64,000 nucleotides of DNA from Candidatus Obscuribacteraceae bacterium (lineage in GTDB: Bacteria > Cyanobacteriota > Vampirovibrionia > Obscuribacterales > Obscuribacteraceae), in NCBI GenBank assembly GCA_044229845.1, contig JBGASG010000001.1, positions 32,001 to 96,000 on the forward strand, written 5' to 3'. Positions 62,355-64,000 of the stretch are shown one piece after another. The translations under genes and the position numbers were made by a program. The notes beneath the pieces were generated by a model, which saw only the letters and a program-made list of their open reading frames with translations, ran no database searches and had not been told where the DNA came from. Numbering within the stretch: the first letter of the stretch is position 1; every line of letters begins with the position of its first letter.

Positions 62355-62618
62355 ATGTCAACAATTGAAACTGCCCAGATCGTGCCCGAGCCGTACAGGG
62401 GACGCAGTCACTTGCGTCGAAAGGAATGCGCAGCTATCTCCGGATTGTCGATTGCCTTCTTTGATAGAGCGGCATACGAGGGCTCTGGACCTCCGTATGC
62501 AAAGCTGGGAAACGCGACCCTCTATCCAGTGCGCGAGTTCTTTGGATGGTTGGAAGCCCTAACCGTACAGAGCACCTCCGAGGCGGATGCGAAGCGCACC
62601 GCTCGCGGTGCCAAGTAA
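62355..62618 (+). CDS. AlpA/excisionase-like HTH protein
   Basis: LRRKECAAISGLS...GPPYAKLG...LY. Confidence 0.8.
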   Translation: MSTIETAQIVPEPYRGRSHLRRKECAAISGLSIAFFDRAAYEGSGPPYAKLGNATLYPVREFFGWLEALTVQSTSEADAKRTARGAK

Positions 62619-62632
62619 GGCGGAAGCAACCA

Positions 62633-64000
62633 ATGACGAAAAAGAAAAACACCGCCGGCGAGGGCGGTGCTCAATACATTCAGCACGAATGTACCTCGCA
62701 GGATACAACGGGCAGACCTGAGAGCGCAAGTGTTCCGAGCTTGCCGCCGCTGGTATTGTCCGACACTGAGAGAATTCGGGACACGCTTAGAACCATCGCC
62801 CAGAGGGTTCCTGACAAAATTGCAGATAAGACAGAACTGGGACGACTGAATAAAAAGTACCGCGTCCCGGTCAAGGATTTGCAAGAAGAGCTGAATCGGC
62901 TTCGAGCGGAAATAGCCGAGGCGCGGATTGCACCACCAGCGCCGCCAACACCGGAACAGGTAGCCGCAGCCGAGGAGCGCAGAGTCGAAGCGAAACAAAA
63001 CACGGCGCGAAAAGCCGCTGAAGAAGCCGAGATCGAAGAGGCGGCGGAAGCGCTCGCTCACTCGCAAAACCTTTTCGAGAACTGGGCGCGAGACTTTGCG
63101 CTGACGGGATACATTGCTGATGCCGTGCTTGGCGCTACCCTTCTCGTGATGCTCGTCTCGCGCCTGCGGTCTCACCCGACCGGCTTCATGTTCGTCGGCG
63201 AGTCGGGCAGTGGCAAATCAGACGCCATTCTGAGTGCTGTCAAATTCATCCCACCGGAATATGTTCTTCACCTAACGTCGGTTAGTGAGAAAGCGCTCTA
63301 TTACATGGGAGATGTGGGCGCCAAGTTATTACTCTTCGGCGAAATGCAGCCAACTCGTCCTGGGGAAGACGACTTTCGGCAATGCGCACTTAGGCAACTT
63401 ATTTCCGAAGGCAAGCTCACCAGAGGGATTGCAGAGTCGGACGGACAGTCTGTTTCGTTCGAACTGAAGGAGACGACGAACGCCGGCAGTGTTGTAGCTT
63501 CGTCAGTTCACGGACCGAGCAAGTGGGACCATCAAACTGTCACGCGTTTTTCATGGACTCATACAGATTCCACACGAAGCGCCACGGCGGCTGTACTTGC
63601 TAAGCGCGCGGCTAGAGCGGAAAGACCTTGGGAGCGCAACGAGCAACTAGATAAACGCATTCGCGTTTGGCAAGTATTCCACCAGCGGCTGACACCAAGG
63701 GCGGTGCAAATCCCTTATGCCCAAATAATCATTCCGTCCGACGAGCACGTAGCTGCCAGACGGCTGCAGGGTCTATTGCATGCCATGATTGAGTGCTCGG
63801 CGCTCGTTCACCAGTATTCTCGGGAGACCGTAAGCGGGACCGATGGTGTCGAATATCTTGTCGCAAGCATTCAAGACTATGACGTCGCCTATGAACTTCT
63901 CGGGCGCAACGCACCCAGAACTAATGAGTCCTGTGGCGATGCCGCGCTCTCTGCATATCAAGCCATTAAGCCGCATTTGCTAGGGCGCGATCCTTACGGA
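62633..64000 (+). CDS. P-loop ATPase/helicase of the type associated with mobile-element primases, partial
   Basis: Manual translation of the 5' part: GESGSGKS Walker A, SEKALYY, LRQLISEGKL. No in-frame stop reported in the ORF track before the window end. Confidence 0.75.
   Translation, partial: MTKKKNTAGEGGAQYIQHECTSQDTTGRPESASVPSLPPLVLSDTERIRDTLRTIAQRVPDKIADKTELGRLNKKYRVPVKDLQEELNRLRAEIAEARIAPPAPPTPEQVAAAEERRVEAKQNTARKAAEEAEIEEAAEALAHSQNLFENWARDFALTGYIADAVLGATLLVMLVSRLRSHPTGFMFVGESGSGKSDAILSAVKFIPPEYVLHLTSVSEKALYYMGDVGAKLLLFGEMQPTRPGEDDFRQCALRQLISEGKLTRGIAESDGQSVSFELKETTNAGSVVASSVHGPSKWDHQTVTRFSWTHTDSTRSATAAVLAKRAARAERPWERNEQLDKRIRVWQVFHQRLTPRAVQIPYAQIIIPSDEHVAARRLQGLLHAMIECSALVHQYSRETVSGTDGVEYLVASIQDYDVAYELLGRNAPRTNESCGDAALSAYQAIKPHLLGRDPYG

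Larger units (their letters stand above)
60120..64000 (+). mobile_element. Integrative element (phage-satellite/PICI- or IME-like) inserted at tRNA-Pro, continuing beyond window
   Basis: att fragment + integrase + AlpA/Xis-like protein + replication-type P-loop ATPase. Confidence 0.85.

Overview
Bacterial chromosomal segment of moderately high GC. It most plausibly comes from a non-photosynthetic cyanobacterial relative (Vampirovibrionia/Melainabacteria, Obscuribacterales-like). This is an inference from a cyanobacteria/plastid-type membrane protein, CCA-less tRNAs, and the many Ser/Thr kinase, TPR and secreted orphan proteins. The left part (1-34 kb) is mostly core or semi-core: a partial histidine kinase, tRNA-Sec (selC), xerC/D, PBP1A, a NupC transporter, cstA, M23 and M28 peptidases, tRNA-Ser, a 5'-nucleotidase, a glucoamylase/GH144-like enzyme, NagZ and a patatin. 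The right part (35-60 kb) is accessory: several toxin-antitoxin-type loci, a frameshifted kinase-cyclase-STAND gene, a CvfC-like protein, arfB and a Skp/OmpH-caspase fusion. From about 60.1 kb an integrative element begins at a tRNA-Pro(UGG) 3' fragment and runs off the window (integrase, AlpA/Xis-like protein, P-loop replication ATPase). The main oddities are: a gene whose 5' ~163 bp appears inverted, a CstA ending in the RCC motif of YbdD/YjiX (seleno)proteins near selC, a secreted tandem-Skp-caspase, a small array of spaced palindromes, and several genes broken by short duplications or indels. All assignments come from reading motifs by eye; no searches were run.
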